A DNA stretch of 63,300 bases, the filler included, from Sphacelaria rigidula (taxonomy: Eukaryota): the NCBI GenBank assembly GCA_964200075.2. It is 9 parts of 9 records of this genome, joined end to end, with 100 filler letters (N's around TTAATTAATTAA, not from the genome) between each part and the next. Parts side by side here need not be neighbours in the genome. Positions count along the whole stretch, not along the records: positions 7,046 to 13,990 come from CAXNAA020017275.1; positions 14,091 to 21,035 come from CAXNAA020017276.1; positions 21,136 to 28,080 come from CAXNAA020017277.1; 6 more parts are not named here. One strand, written 5' to 3'. The position numbers and the translations under genes were made by a program. Shown in pieces: positions 13,740-25,510 of the stretch (its first letter is position 1; each line of letters begins with the position of its first letter). The notes under the pieces were generated by a model. That model was not told the DNA's origin and did not search any database. It saw only the letters and a program-made list of their open reading frames with translations.

Positions 13740-13990
13740 TGTCCACACCAGAATTCGTCGCCATCCGCTGAATGCATCGATCGGGGGTTCCATATAGATT
13801 TTAGTATGGACGCCATCTCCATTAGGCATAGGAATTACTAGACATGGGGTTTAATCAACGAGAAAATATGGGCCCAGACATTCAAGCAGATGAGCACCTT
13901 CCCCTTGGTTAGACGATTAATACGATATGCGGATCACGGCCCAACTCGTCTGTGTCGACGAGATATTGCTTTCAGAGCTTAAAGCTCTTT
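13740..13990 (+). repeat. Fragment of repeat family F (matches 63165-63300 and 28181-28250)
   Basis: Shared tccacacca.aattcgtcgcc.tccgc...aggaa.tactagacatggggtttaatcaacgagaaa and gcggatcacggcccaactcgtctgtgtcga. Confidence 0.8.
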
Positions 13991-14090
13991 NNNNNNNNNN
14001 NNNNNNNNNNNNNNNNNNNNNNNNNNNNNNNNNNTTAATTAATTAANNNNNNNNNNNNNNNNNNNNNNNNNNNNNNNNNNNNNNNNNNNN
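13991..14090. other. Artificial contig spacer
   Basis: N44-TTAATTAATTAA-N44. Confidence 0.99.
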
Positions 14091-14140
<50 letters not shown>

Positions 14141-15414
14141 GTTGCGTAGAAAGGAAAAAAGAAAAAAAGAGGTGAAAAAAAAAAAAAAAAAAAAGAGTTC
14201 ACCACTGAATCACTATTATAGTGCACATGAGTTCGGCAGTCAGCAGTTTCCATCTTTTTCGAGCACGTGCTTCCTCGCAAAAAACAAAAAATAATAAGGC
14301 AAAACAGGCACATCACTTCTTTCAAAGCGCACAAACGACACGAAAGAAAATGCTTTTTTTTTCCATAACTCGGATCATAGCTACTACTATCACTACCGCG
14401 AATAAAACTAGCTCGTGCGCAAAATGGTGGAGGATGAGTGCTTGGGTACAGGTAAGTAACTCCATAATGCATACGTCATACACGAGTCCATCTTTGTTTC
14501 CGTAGACCCCGACAGGTTTCCCTAGCAACTCTGCCATAATCATATAAATCTTTCGACGATAGGTCAAGGATAGGTGGGTGAAATGCTTTCAAAGTTTCAT
14601 TGATTCCTCGTGACAAAAACGATCCGGTGTCAAGTACCGATATGGTCGGACGCCACGCTCTAGACATGCTCAGAAAAGAACAGAGCAGAAGCGTTCCATA
14701 TACCCAAGGCATCATCAACCGCAGACGATGTCGAAACACAAAAATCCAAATCGAAAAAAAAAAAAAAACGAATTCACGGGAAATTCTGTTGATTCCAACA
14801 AACAAATTTCACCGCTTGGTCATTCTTTATTACTGGAAAAGCATTTATCAACCAAAAANNNNNNNNNNAAAAAAAAAAAAGAAAAAAAGCGTACCAAAAA
14901 CCCAAGGAAACAACAACCAAAGACAATATAAAAACAAAAAAATCAAAAAAAAAAAAAAAAAAAAAAACGAATTCACGGGAAATTCTGTTGATTCCATCAA
15001 GCCATTTTCACGGTATGTTCTTTCTTTTTTGCTGGGGACGCATTTTGGTTCAAAATTAGAACGTAAGTCACGTCCCGAGACATCGTATTAACGGGAAACC
15101 GGAACAAAGAAACAAAAAAAACAGCAGCAGGCCAAAACATTGTAAAGCAGAACACCCAGATGTACCAAGAATAATGGAATCGAGACCACATAGACAAATA
15201 TAGCACCAGCAAAAAGAAACACATACACACACAGGCGAACACTTATCAAGGGTACGAACATCGAAAAAATAATAATATTAGAGGAAGACCGAGCTACAAC
15301 AATAATAATAGTATGTGAAGAATATTTCGAGCTCACGAGCGTGGAGCATACTTTGTAACGAGGCGTCCACGAGATTTATTGCTGATTTTAGTGTGCAAGT
15401 TCCTCCGCACCCAC

Positions 15415-18400
15415 CCCCGGGAGATGACTGTTCGGGCCAATGCCAATGCTAGGGGGCCGGTTAGCAGATTTGTGCTTTCCTTTGTGAGGGGACACACATG
15501 CGTTCGCGACCGTTCGAACGGACGCGCGATCGCGGTGGTCCTGCAGTATTTCCGGCGGGCATGAACATTTCGAGAGAAGATCTATTCTCACGAGGCCTTG
15601 GGAAGGCAAGAATACCGAGACCCTCGAAAAAGACGGACGGGACCGGGGCGCAGCCCCGGGTCCCGTGCGGCTTGTAATAATATAATATCTTCGGCAATCA
15701 TTATCTTAGCACCACACTTAGATATTTAGGACAACTCACCGTAGCCGGGAAAAGATGACTCAATTGCGCTTCGTTCTCGTACCTGTATAAATGTGAGTGT
15801 AAACACGTATGTGAGTGTATGCACACATCGCAATGCGGAGAACCGGACAGTTGCATGGAAACAGCGCGCGGACGAAGACCGACAGCAAGTGGGGCACAGG
15901 AGGGGGAAAGAGCAACGAACATATTCTTTCAGTGAACTTGATGGGGAACGCCGGGAGGGAGGGCGGGGGTGTACTCATGATCTTGCATGCCATAGTCATC
16001 AGACCATCGACCTCGCCTCCCATAAAAGCCCGGAAGGAGCACGCCGTGTTTTCGCCGGACCAGGCTGGCAATCAATCAAGCGCGAAGCGCCGTCGTGTGT
16101 TCGGCGCGTCTCATGAGGGGTGAGCTTCATCCTGCTACTAATAAGATTGTTCGGCCAAAGGCATACTAATTATCTTGCATTTGGATGATGGCTCACGAAA
16201 AGTTGCTTCATTTTCTTGTATCACCACTTCCAGAGACAGCTACGGGTTACACACTGCCTCATGGGTGTGTCATAATTTGAACACTACGTATAACAGTACG
16301 ACCATCCCTCTTGCGCGCAGCTGAGGTTCTTCCACTCCGGACATTATGATCTAGCTCGACCACCATCATGGTTACCGCAAAAAAAAAGCAGGCGATAAAA
16401 AAAAAACGGTAACCTGATCGCCTAGCTTACGCAATGAGAGGCCTGCTTTACAGCGTCATTGTCAACCGACGCCAACCCTCGGAAGGAAGATCGCGCGGGG
16501 AAGAGGATCTTCCTCATGCATGCCTCCTTTACTCCTTTATGTCCGCTTTCGACAACTACCTTTCTTCGGGACGCGTCCGTGATCTCACAGCAAAACAGAA
16601 AGACAATCTAAAACAAGCAACCCGATTCTCACGTCTACTGCATTTTACTTGCAATAAAAAAATTACGACACAAAGGGAATATATATATACATATATAACT
16701 TATAGTTCCGAAAAAAATAACCGTCATCATCCACAATCACCATGGCAACGTATGACGTCATCGTTCATCTTCTACTTTTTTTCTGTTGGGGCTGGGTAAC
16801 CTCACCATTGCAGCACCAGCTCCTCACCTGCCATGCGCCTCACCGTAACCCGCCGGCGTGACCAACCCGCACACCGTCCGAGATGGCTCTCGCAGCGCCG
16901 CGTCTGGACACGGAAGGTAGCAGCGAATCGCAAGAACGAGAGAGATTACGAGCAATCCAACATAATCTTCTACGGTTCGGACGAATCATCGCCGGTTCGA
17001 ATCACCAAATCCACGATTTTTCAGGCCTGATTGCTCAAAAAAGAGAAAAAAAGTTTACCGTCTGTCAAAAAGGTCCCCACCGCAATTGTTGCGTCATTCC
17101 ACGTGCCTGGGCTGCGCGTACCTGGGTTGCACCGCTGAAAACAAAGCCTAAGGATTGACTCGTACGGTACGAATCAATTTCACTGAAATCAAGTAATTTC
17201 CAGACGAATCATTACTTCGTCCGACCCGTGTAATCTTCTTCGCTAACGGAACAGAGGGTACTATTATACAAAACAACATAAAAGCGTACCCCAGAAAATA
17301 TCTACCCCTCGCTCGCACACAGTAGTATTTCCTATCGATCGGTCACTCAGATATTCAAAGAAGAAAATAGTAGCTACCTGCGCGATGTGCGAACGGAGCG
17401 ATACAGAAGCAATACCCGCATCATACATGAGTCTTACGATGGCCTGTCGAAGTCGCCAAACACAGCAGGTGCAGTCGTTTCACGTCAAGGATACTAGGCC
17501 TAGTTATAAATACAATAACGCGCAGCAAATCAATGACTCGCGCAAGGAATGAGTCGATCCATCGCTATGTATATATATACATCTACATGAGAACACCAAC
17601 CTCCCATAGAAGACTGGCTATAGTAGTGCGGGCGCTGTGTCGGTGTCGCAGGTGTAGGGTCTGGCTTCGCGGATGTATTCCAGTAGTATGGCACGCAGGG
17701 ATTGATAGTCCTAGAGAGAGTAAGTCGCTCATTGGGTACCAGACAGCTAGCAAGGCTTTTGGATGTGGGAAATGATTCTCGTGGATACTTCTAGGGGGAC
17801 GGAAATGCGGAACCCCCGGAACGTCGAGAATATGTTCTCGACACATGTGTATGTATCGACGAGACCTTTTCCAAGGGCAAAAACTCATTTCGGCATCGCT
17901 ATCACCTCCACCCTTCGAGAATACCGAGTTTATTAATGATCGGGACATCACCGTGGGGTGGAATGTTATCCCCCGTAATCTACTGCACCGTACTATAATA
18001 TTATTTCCTAATTCCATGCGCCCCGGTGGTGTAATGGTCCGACTGTCGCCATTAGGGTGGAGAGAACCAGAGTTCGATTTCCGATGCGTTGGGTTTTTTC
18101 TTCGTAATGTATGATTTCCACCGTCGAAAGCGTGAGAACGTGAGTAAACAAAGTAATTGACGGAGTTTGTTCGACGTGAGTTGACGCGGTGCGGGAGTGC
18201 TGATCCAATCAGCAAGACCAAAATGCAAGGCGTGTACCGGGGGAGAGATGGGCTAACTACACTGAGACCACGGACTCGTCACGAGCAAGGGGAAGGGTTC
18301 AAAGTGCGACAAATAAATAAGTAAATGACAGCATATCATGCCAGCGCACGTGCACGTTGCACAACCGTCCGACTTCTAGGTTCAACGATGCTCTTGTCAT

Positions 18401-20560
18401 CTACATGGGTGGCATCGCTGGGCCGCGCGAGGACTACATATTTGGACCGCGGAGTCTGAGCTGTTTCTTGCTCGCAAGAACGGCAGCAGCCAGTGACACG
18501 AACAAAACAAATCACCCGCCTCTTAAGGAAACACGCTTCCTCACGTCGTGCTGCTACGTCGCCAATTTAAAAAAAACGTGTTTAAACAAGCATGTCGCTA
18601 GAACATGACAAAAACACTAACCCCTATTACTAGCCCCGCCTCATTATATCAGGTTAGGTGTTGGGTGCATGCCTTAATTGCCGGTCCACTATTGCAACCC
18701 CCCCTCCCCCCCCCGCCCCCCCGTCGTCATCGTAAGTCATCCATACCTCTACTCGGTGGAGGCGGGCTGTCCGAATTATCACTGGCCACAATCTCATACA
18801 GGACCAAAAATCTCCGTCTCTCTTCCTCTTGTCCACCTGCCAGCTTGAGCAAGGGCCCCGCTACAAGGCGGTACGGCATGAGGTGTCCAGAGGGATACCC
18901 CGCAGACTGGAGGAACGTGAAAAAGGACCGAAGTAATCATGAGAAATGTCCGGCGTAATCGACAAAAGAAAAAAAGGGGCAGCTTGTGCTAGGGGCCCGG
19001 GGGGCAGGACGCGGCGGGGGGTTGGAAGCGTGAAATGTGAATACTAAAAATGTATACATCCTGCCCATTGCTCCCACCTGTCGCCAAGTACGTCGTCAAA
19101 GCCTGTGAATTACTGAATACGGGGTATGATATTGATACCAAGAACTGTACGCGAAAAGCAAATTCACCGCGTGCTACTGCAACACTTTTGAGTTCCGTTT
19201 GCACACTCTTAATAGAACCATGCGGGAGATGGGGCTCGGGCTGACGCCTGCAGGCGAGAGTACCATGCGCAGAGTATCGACGATATCCGCATTTTTTGGC
19301 GTTGATATGATCGATTTGGGGGCGGGCTTTCAAAAAGAAGAAAAAATTATGAGTGTTTTGGGCACCCAAATTGTTGACGGGGTCTTTCGTCTCTCCGGTC
19401 ACTATGCGCACAGAATACATGGGAACTACAGTAGTGGGCGGTCTGACTATTCATTTTGTGGCATTTTGTGATTTTTTCGTAATTGCCGATTTTCTTGGGC
19501 TCATTTTGCTTGCCAACCCTCACCACATCGGGGATCTCAAGATATATGTACCACTCCACATTCCAAGAGGAAAAAATCATCTGTACTCAGTATTGAGTGA
19601 CTTACGGGCTGACCGGTCATCGGGGGTCCTGCCACGTTTCAGCCCACATTTTAACTCTTGTGTATTTTTTTGGTCAATCGAGCCTGTCTCGGTCATATTT
19701 GCCAAAAAAATGTGAAGTTTTACTTTTTTGAAATTCTGCCTAAATAGTTAGACCGCCCACTACTGTACGGCCATGTTAGCAATATATCATGGCGCTTGGG
19801 ATTGCGTGGTTCTTCACCTCGTCGCCCCTGGTATGTCGGAGCAGGTCGTCGGTGTGGCCGGGAAGCGAGGCTAATCTCCTGGGCTTACTCCTGTCTTTTA
19901 GGTCCTTGTCCCTGGCAATCGTGATCCATGTCGGCGATCATCATCATCATTATCGACGTGGCAAACAACGCCATCATCAAAATCGTCATTAAAGGTCACG
20001 ATCGATCATCAACAGCGACACGATCAACCCCGTCATCATTATCGCCATCCACCATTATCATCGTCACGGTCAATGCCATTATGATTATCAAACGCCATCA
20101 TCATCACTATCGTCATCAAAGGTCATAATCCACCACCACCAATACCACTACCACCATTATCATCATTACCGCCATCAAAGGTCATAACCCACAACCACCA
20201 CCACAACCACCACCACCACCACCACCACCACCACCACCATTACCTTGATCAAGGGTCATCATCCATCATCATCATTACCACCATGAGCATTAGCACCACC
20301 ATCAGAAGTTATCACTACAACCGGTTACTGCAACCACATTCATCACTGTCATCGAAACCACCAAGCACCGGAGCATGACGAATGGCACACAACATGGAGA
20401 CAAAAGAAGCGTACGCACCTCTCAAGACCCTGTGCGTGCAGCACCGCTTTCACAGCGGGGATGTCCACGCCACCGCCGGGTCCCGCCTGGATCAGAACCG
20501 CCATGCAGCGCAAAAAGTATACCTGCCGGTAGATGGGTGCATTGAGAATTGAACCATCAC
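15415..20560 (-). CDS. Five-exon fragment of an unrecognised protein-coding gene
   Basis: Exons 20560-20419, 19911-19818, 18906-18747, 16903-16828 and 15540-~15415, all with AG/GT ends and matching phases (2,0,1,2). Joined peptide DGSILNAPIYRQVYFLRCMAVLIQAG...GLERDKDLKDRS...RGDESAGYPSGHLMPYRL...SRDAALREPSRTVCGLVTPAGYGEAHGRTTAIARPFERS... has no stop. Confidence 0.6.
15955..16480. mobile_element. Dispersed repeat family C (G-run + TGTACTCATGATCTTGCATGCC, ~520 bp)
   Basis: Collinear with 24995-25510 over its full length; partial copy at 54333-54447. Confidence 0.8.
18018..18326 (+). mobile_element. tRNA-headed SINE, family A
   Basis: A-box-like TGGTGTAATGG, B-box-like GAGTTCGATTTC, conserved body, GTGCGAC plus AAAT/TAA tail. 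Confidence 0.8.
19429..19765. mobile_element. Tc1/mariner-type MITE, internally deleted copy (337 bp)
   Basis: Same TIRs and TA flanks as 9004-9551; lies in an intron of the orphan gene. Confidence 0.85.
19935..20370. repeat. Degenerate (CAT)n/(CAC)n low-complexity tract
   Basis: Direct reading; includes recurring catcaaaggtcat units and a pure (ACC)n run. Confidence 0.85.
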
Positions 20561-21035
20561 CTGAAAGCAGACCGACTCTTGAAACAGTCGGAGGGAAGTG
20601 CTCTATACAATGAGCATTATTGATTGTCGCACACTAACTGATGCCCCAGGGATCCGGCCGTGATCAAATGATAGACGTACCCAAGATACACGAAATGGAA
20701 ACAGTCGCCGGATATAAGTGAAGGAAACAGGGAGGTAGACCGGACAGAGTGGACTGAGAACAGAAAAGAAGAGAGAGAAGGAAAAAAAAAAGGGCAGAAC
20801 AAAACAAAGACGAAAACAAAATAGAAATGGGCGGTCTCCGCCACATGGCATTCATGCTCGCCAATGTTTCATACAGGGGCCAACGAACAAAAATCCACGT
20901 TACCGCAACTTAGCTTGAGAAAAAAAAAACACATCGGACACTTTCTACGATAGTCCCCCCGCCCAAAACCAGCTAAAAGTGTCACGAAAAAAATGGCCAT
21001 ACAGCGCCTCATGTTCGGGTTCAGGCTGCATGAAG

Positions 21036-21135
21036 NNNNNNNNNNNNNNNNNNNNNNNNNNNNNNNNNNNNNNNNNNNNTTAATTAATTAANNNNNNNNN
21101 NNNNNNNNNNNNNNNNNNNNNNNNNNNNNNNNNNN
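21036..21135. other. Artificial contig spacer
   Basis: N44-TTAATTAATTAA-N44. Confidence 0.99.
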
Positions 21136-21595
21136 TTGCCCGGTACCGCCCTGGTGTGCACGGCCTCGCTCTGGCGCGGGCGTCGGTGGGCGGGGCCGGG
21201 GGAGTCATCATCCTCAAATCATGAGAAACCTGCGCTTAAACAAATGTTTTCGTTTTTCTTCGGAGTGTACGAAAAAATCCCACTTCAGTAACGTACGTCA
21301 ACAACTACGTATCAGGAAAAAACGGCAGTGCGGTGGAATCCCGTAGGAGAGTCATACAGCAGGTCATGCCGTGGTGACACAACTCTTCTGGCTATCTGTT
21401 GGGGCAAAAAAAAACGCTCAAGTGGCAAGAATGAGTTTTGTTTCGATAGTTGTGTGTATGGTCATACTCCACAAGAAGACATCCGCGGACTTCATACATC
21501 TCTCCATGTATAAATTCATGATCATCATGTTGCAGAGAAACATTTACTACCATACCACCTCCAAGACGAAATCGAAAAAATATTTCTCGACTTAC

Positions 21596-21707
21596 TGTAT
21601 GCGATGCGCATGCCCTTCCCGCCTCCTCCAGCACTAGCCTTGATCATGACGGGGTACCCTATACTTTCCGCTATTGTCGCCGCTTCTTCGCCGGATTTGA
21701 CCACACC
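21596..21707 (-). CDS. PCCA: Biotin carboxylase (ATP-grasp) exon, propionyl-CoA carboxylase alpha chain
   Basis: AG/GTAAGT ends; [37 protein letters not shown]; follows exon 24783-24621 in phase 0. Not in the ORF track. Confidence 0.85.
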
Positions 21708-21927
21708 CTTTCACAAGAAAACAAGCATGAATATGAATACATAGATATTAATATGAATATGACATTAAGAAGAAGAACGACAGTAACAATAACACTAACG
21801 ACTATGATTGTAATAATGATCACAAGCAACGAAAGTAGAACAACACTATTTCAGTTTCCATTTTACGTCATGAGAATCAATGGAGCGCCCAGCTTTTTGA
21901 ACGCGAGACACATCGGAATCTTTACTG

Positions 21928-22221
21928 CAGGATTATCGGTACATCGGACGGCTGCTGCCGAGATAGCTCCCCCCCGAACCGGCCAAAAAAGTGCACGGAG
22001 GCGATGATCATAAATGTCGTGAGAGCTGGTTTCATGCTGCACGACGCGACTCTTTTGGGCGTTAGAGCTGATGTCGGACTGCTACGGGCCTCTCATGTGG
22101 GCGAAATTTCTGCAAGCGAGCCCAATAGTGGGATCGCAGCCGGTTTGTCGGAAGTTCTCCGGTTCACATTTTGTGGGGGGGCTATCTCGGCATTAGCCGA
22201 AGCAGCGATCACAATAACCCG
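21928..22221. mobile_element. Putative MITE with imperfect inverted ends
   Basis: cggctgctgccgagatagctcccc (from 21949) pairs with gggggctatctcggcattagccg (to 22199); weaker pairing further out; no clear TSD. Confidence 0.5.
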
Positions 22222-22289
22222 TTCTAGTTAGCACCTTCACCAATCACCGCAATCCCGCGCTTAGGACAACACCATACCAAGCCGTCATT

Positions 22290-22330
<41 letters not shown>

Positions 22331-22351
22331 GATGATGATGTGTTATTCTCA

Positions 22352-23341
22352 GGCCGTGTTTCATAACTTTCATTCGACCCTAAAACGTGCGGTGGAATCA
22401 AATTGGTCGTAATTGGCTCGTATCCCATACGTTCACGGCATTAATATTCTCAGATGGCTTCAAGTCCATTTTATCATTATTTGCACGCGACGGGCAGGGT
22501 GAAAGACAGAAAAGCTCAGCTTCTTCGATCGAAAACACGCGCGGAAAGGAACGGAAAGGGCACATGACCCCTGTCTTGAAGACAAGCATGCCAGATACCA
22601 CTCCTTCACAGAACCATGCAAACCCCACATGGGTTCATTCGCAGCCACCAACCCAACCCTGCAGCAGAGATCACGAGTTGAGCACAGGGATACGTGCACT
22701 GCAGTAGTAGGGAACCGACACTATCACCCTCTTGGCATGATGCGTTGATATTTTGTTGGCAAAAACCTTAGACATCTGATTTTGTGGAAGGGTCCAGTGA
22801 CAAAATTGCGTGTTGGGGTGGGCGACGAAAATGCCTACACGCCCATGGACAGTAGAGGCAGTACAATCTGCACACCCTGGACAATAGATTCTATCGTGAA
22901 AAAAAAGACTGCGTACAGTATGGAATCTATTGTCTGCTGCAATAGGCGCAATAGTCGATACTGTACACGGTACACTTTTTGATAGTGTATTCTGTTGTCC
23001 AGGGTGTAACAATCTGCACGTTGTTCAAATCTTCTTCACATCCTCCTATATGCAGAGACTACAGACAGCCCTGCGTTGTCTGTAGTTCACGTTGCCTGCT
23101 TCTTTTTCACATCATGCCTACCTACTGTACGAAACACACACACACACTGCGCAGACAATACAGACAACACTGTACTGTCTGTAATAAATACAAGTGAAAA
23201 GGCGCCGTTTCATGAAGTTCGCTTACCTTTTTTCGATCGAAATCGTGCAAAGTCGCTCGGACCCAGACACAGTAACACGACCCAAATCAATTCCGCAGCA
23301 CGAATTCGTTCGAGTCGAAATTATTTCGAGAAGACACGGCC
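22352..23341. mobile_element. PIF/Harbinger (Tourist)-like non-autonomous element carrying a nested MITE
   Basis: ~60-bp imperfect TIRs starting GGCCGTGT, TCA on both flanks; homologous inverted copy at ~56410-57065 ends GGCC|TTA. Confidence 0.7.
22871..23008. mobile_element. Hairpin MITE family E with 8-bp TSD (hAT-like)
   Basis: Ends cacaccctggacaa / ttgtccagggtgta; TSD acaatctg at 22863-22870 and 23009-23016. Confidence 0.85.
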
Positions 23342-23636
23342 TCAACCCCTCCCCTCCTTCGGGACAAATCCGTAGTTTCAAGGAAGCAACCCACCCCTCT
23401 CCCGGTGGATGTCTGACATTTTGGTACAGCAGGTTGGGTTGGATAAGCACTCACGCGCCGCGGCTACTCTCGATGTCTTCTTTTCTCCTCGCGTCCCCAC
23501 GTTTTTAACGACAGCAACCGCTGGTTTCAACCATTCTCTGCTCGAGAGAAACACATCTGTAGCCTTGTTCCGAACTGACTGGTCAACCAAGGTGCACCAG
23601 CTACACCGTGAGGGAGCAGCGGCAATGTGATTATTT

Positions 23637-23806
23637 CACACCCTGGAAAATATATTGTCAATAGATGCAATAGACGAGAAGTGTACTGCATGAAGTATAG
23701 GCCTATTGCAACTATTGCCGGCCGACAACAGTCATAATAGGCCTATACTTCATGCAGTACGTCTCTTCTCCAATGCAACTATTGACCATATACTGTCCAA
23801 GGTGTG
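23637..23806. mobile_element. Hairpin MITE family E with 8-bp TSD
   Basis: cacaccctgg...ccaaggtgtg, almost fully self-complementary; TSD gattattt at 23629-23636 and 23807-23814. Confidence 0.85.
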
Positions 23807-24620
23807 GATTATTTGCAACAAAATTGATTGGTCGTTGCTATGTGTGTTGTAGCCTTGTTTCTACCATTTCGGGGGGTTCGGATACAAAAATAGAATCGGA
23901 GGAACAATCGGATTGGTTGCTTGGTTGCTTGCTTAGTTCGTTGTTGGTGCCCTCTTTGCCTTTCATCAGACTTGGTTTTCCATGACATGAGACAAAATGA
24001 CACACCACTTACAGCGCACCGTGTCTTTTTTTTTTTTTTCTTGAAAGGAAGGAGGACACCTGACCCAACTCCCAACTCTTCCCCGCAAGCGGGTTCGTGC
24101 GCCGATTACCCAGAGGCTCGGCAAGACTGCCTTGCGACAGTCAGTCATGTGGAGTAGACGCCTCGAGCATTCGCAAGCTTTACTCAGGGCAGTATGCGGG
24201 TCGGACTAGTAAAATCCCTCGTCAACTTGGCACAGTACACGCCCCGCCATGCTGTCGAGAGCTTCGGCCTTAATTTGCGTCTATCTTGTGTAATTACGGC
24301 TGGATTCGGAACGGACCAGTTGAGTGCGAACGCGCGACAGTAAATGAAATCAACGAGGTCATCTCATCGGTTACTCTTTTCAATTGAAAAAATATTAAAT
24401 AAATTGACAGATAAATTGACAGCAGCATAAACCGGGAAAATCGGGTAAAATGCGATGAAAAACGAAAATTGCGCAAGCCCCTCACAAAAACAGCCAGGTG
24501 CACACGACATCGCAGCCATTTACAGCACAGGGGAAAACACGAAGGACACATTAATACACACAAGGTGGACGAAAGAGACGGGAAGAGAGACGCACAGAAA
24601 ATCTCCACACACACACACAC

Positions 24621-24783
24621 CTCAAATCCTGGGATGGTGTTGACACCCGCATCCTTGGCTATTTTCTTCGACTGGATCTTGTCTCCCATGCTCTCGATCG
24701 CGCTCGATGGCGGCCCGACAAACTTCACCCCGGCTCGCTCGCACTCCTTGGCGAAAGACGCATTTTCGCTCAAAAACCCATAT
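24621..24783 (-). CDS. PCCA: Biotin carboxylase N-terminal exon, propionyl-CoA carboxylase alpha chain
   Basis: CAG/GT ends; YGFLSENASFAKECERAGVKFVGPPSSAIESMGDKIQSKKIAKDAGVNTIPGFE. MGDKIxSK and VNTIPGF favour PCCA over MCC or ACC (recalled family motifs). Confidence 0.85.
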
Positions 24784-24994
24784 CTGTTGAGGAGCCACGT
24801 TAATTTCGGGGAATAATGCTGTCCTCGCTTAGTCATGCTGCTGCGTGATGGTGATGATAATGGTGATGGTGATGGCAAGGATACACCTTCTTGGAACAGT
24901 AATTTCGATGCATTTCTCGAGTGATTTGACGAAATGAACGCTGCGTTTGGGAGAATAATACACAAGTAAGGAGACGCACGCACGGGGACTCTGT

Positions 24995-25510
24995 GGGGGG
25001 GGGGGGGCGGCGGGGGGGTGTACTCATGATCTTGCATGCCGTAGTCATGAGACCAGTTGACCCCGTATCCCTACGAAGCCGAGACGGAGCACGCCGGGTT
25101 TTCGCCGGGCCAGGCTCGCAATCACTCACCAAACGCGAAGCGCCGTGATGTGTTCGGCGAGTCGCATGAATGGTGAGCTTCATCCTGCTAAGATTCTTCG
25201 GCCAGAATTATCTTGCATATGGATAACAGCCTCCAATGAGTTGCTTTTATTCTCTGGTATCACCCCTCCCAGCGACAGCCATGGTTACACGCCGCCTCAT
25301 GGATTTCTCGCCATCTAAACGCAGCATAGTACGATAATCTCATCTGCGCGGAGTTGAGGTTCTCCACGCCGCACAATATGATCTAGCTCGACCACCATCA
25401 TGGTTACCGTAAAAATAAACGCGAGCGAACGAAAAACAACAACCTGGTCGCCTAGCTTACGCAGTGAGTGGCGTGTTTTCCAGCGTCGTTGCCAACCGAC
25501 GTCAAACCTC
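24995..25510. mobile_element. Dispersed repeat family C
   Basis: Collinear with 15955-16480. Confidence 0.8.

Noticed and set aside
14476..15091. ORF with a signal-peptide-like start and a duplicated 33-bp segment (aaaacgaattcacgggaaattctgttgattcca) after poly(A) runs
   Set aside because: Low-quality region with homopolymers and an internal N gap; no recognisable family; the duplication may be an assembly artefact.
18018..18090. SINE heads (also near 6093, 28032, 48583, 52713, 54646) as tRNA genes
   Set aside because: A and B boxes are present but no complete cloverleaf, and each continues into a shared repeat body.
24294..25037. 247-aa ORF as a full carboxylase gene
   Set aside because: Only 24621-24783 is exon; the rest is intron and repeat family C read through by chance.
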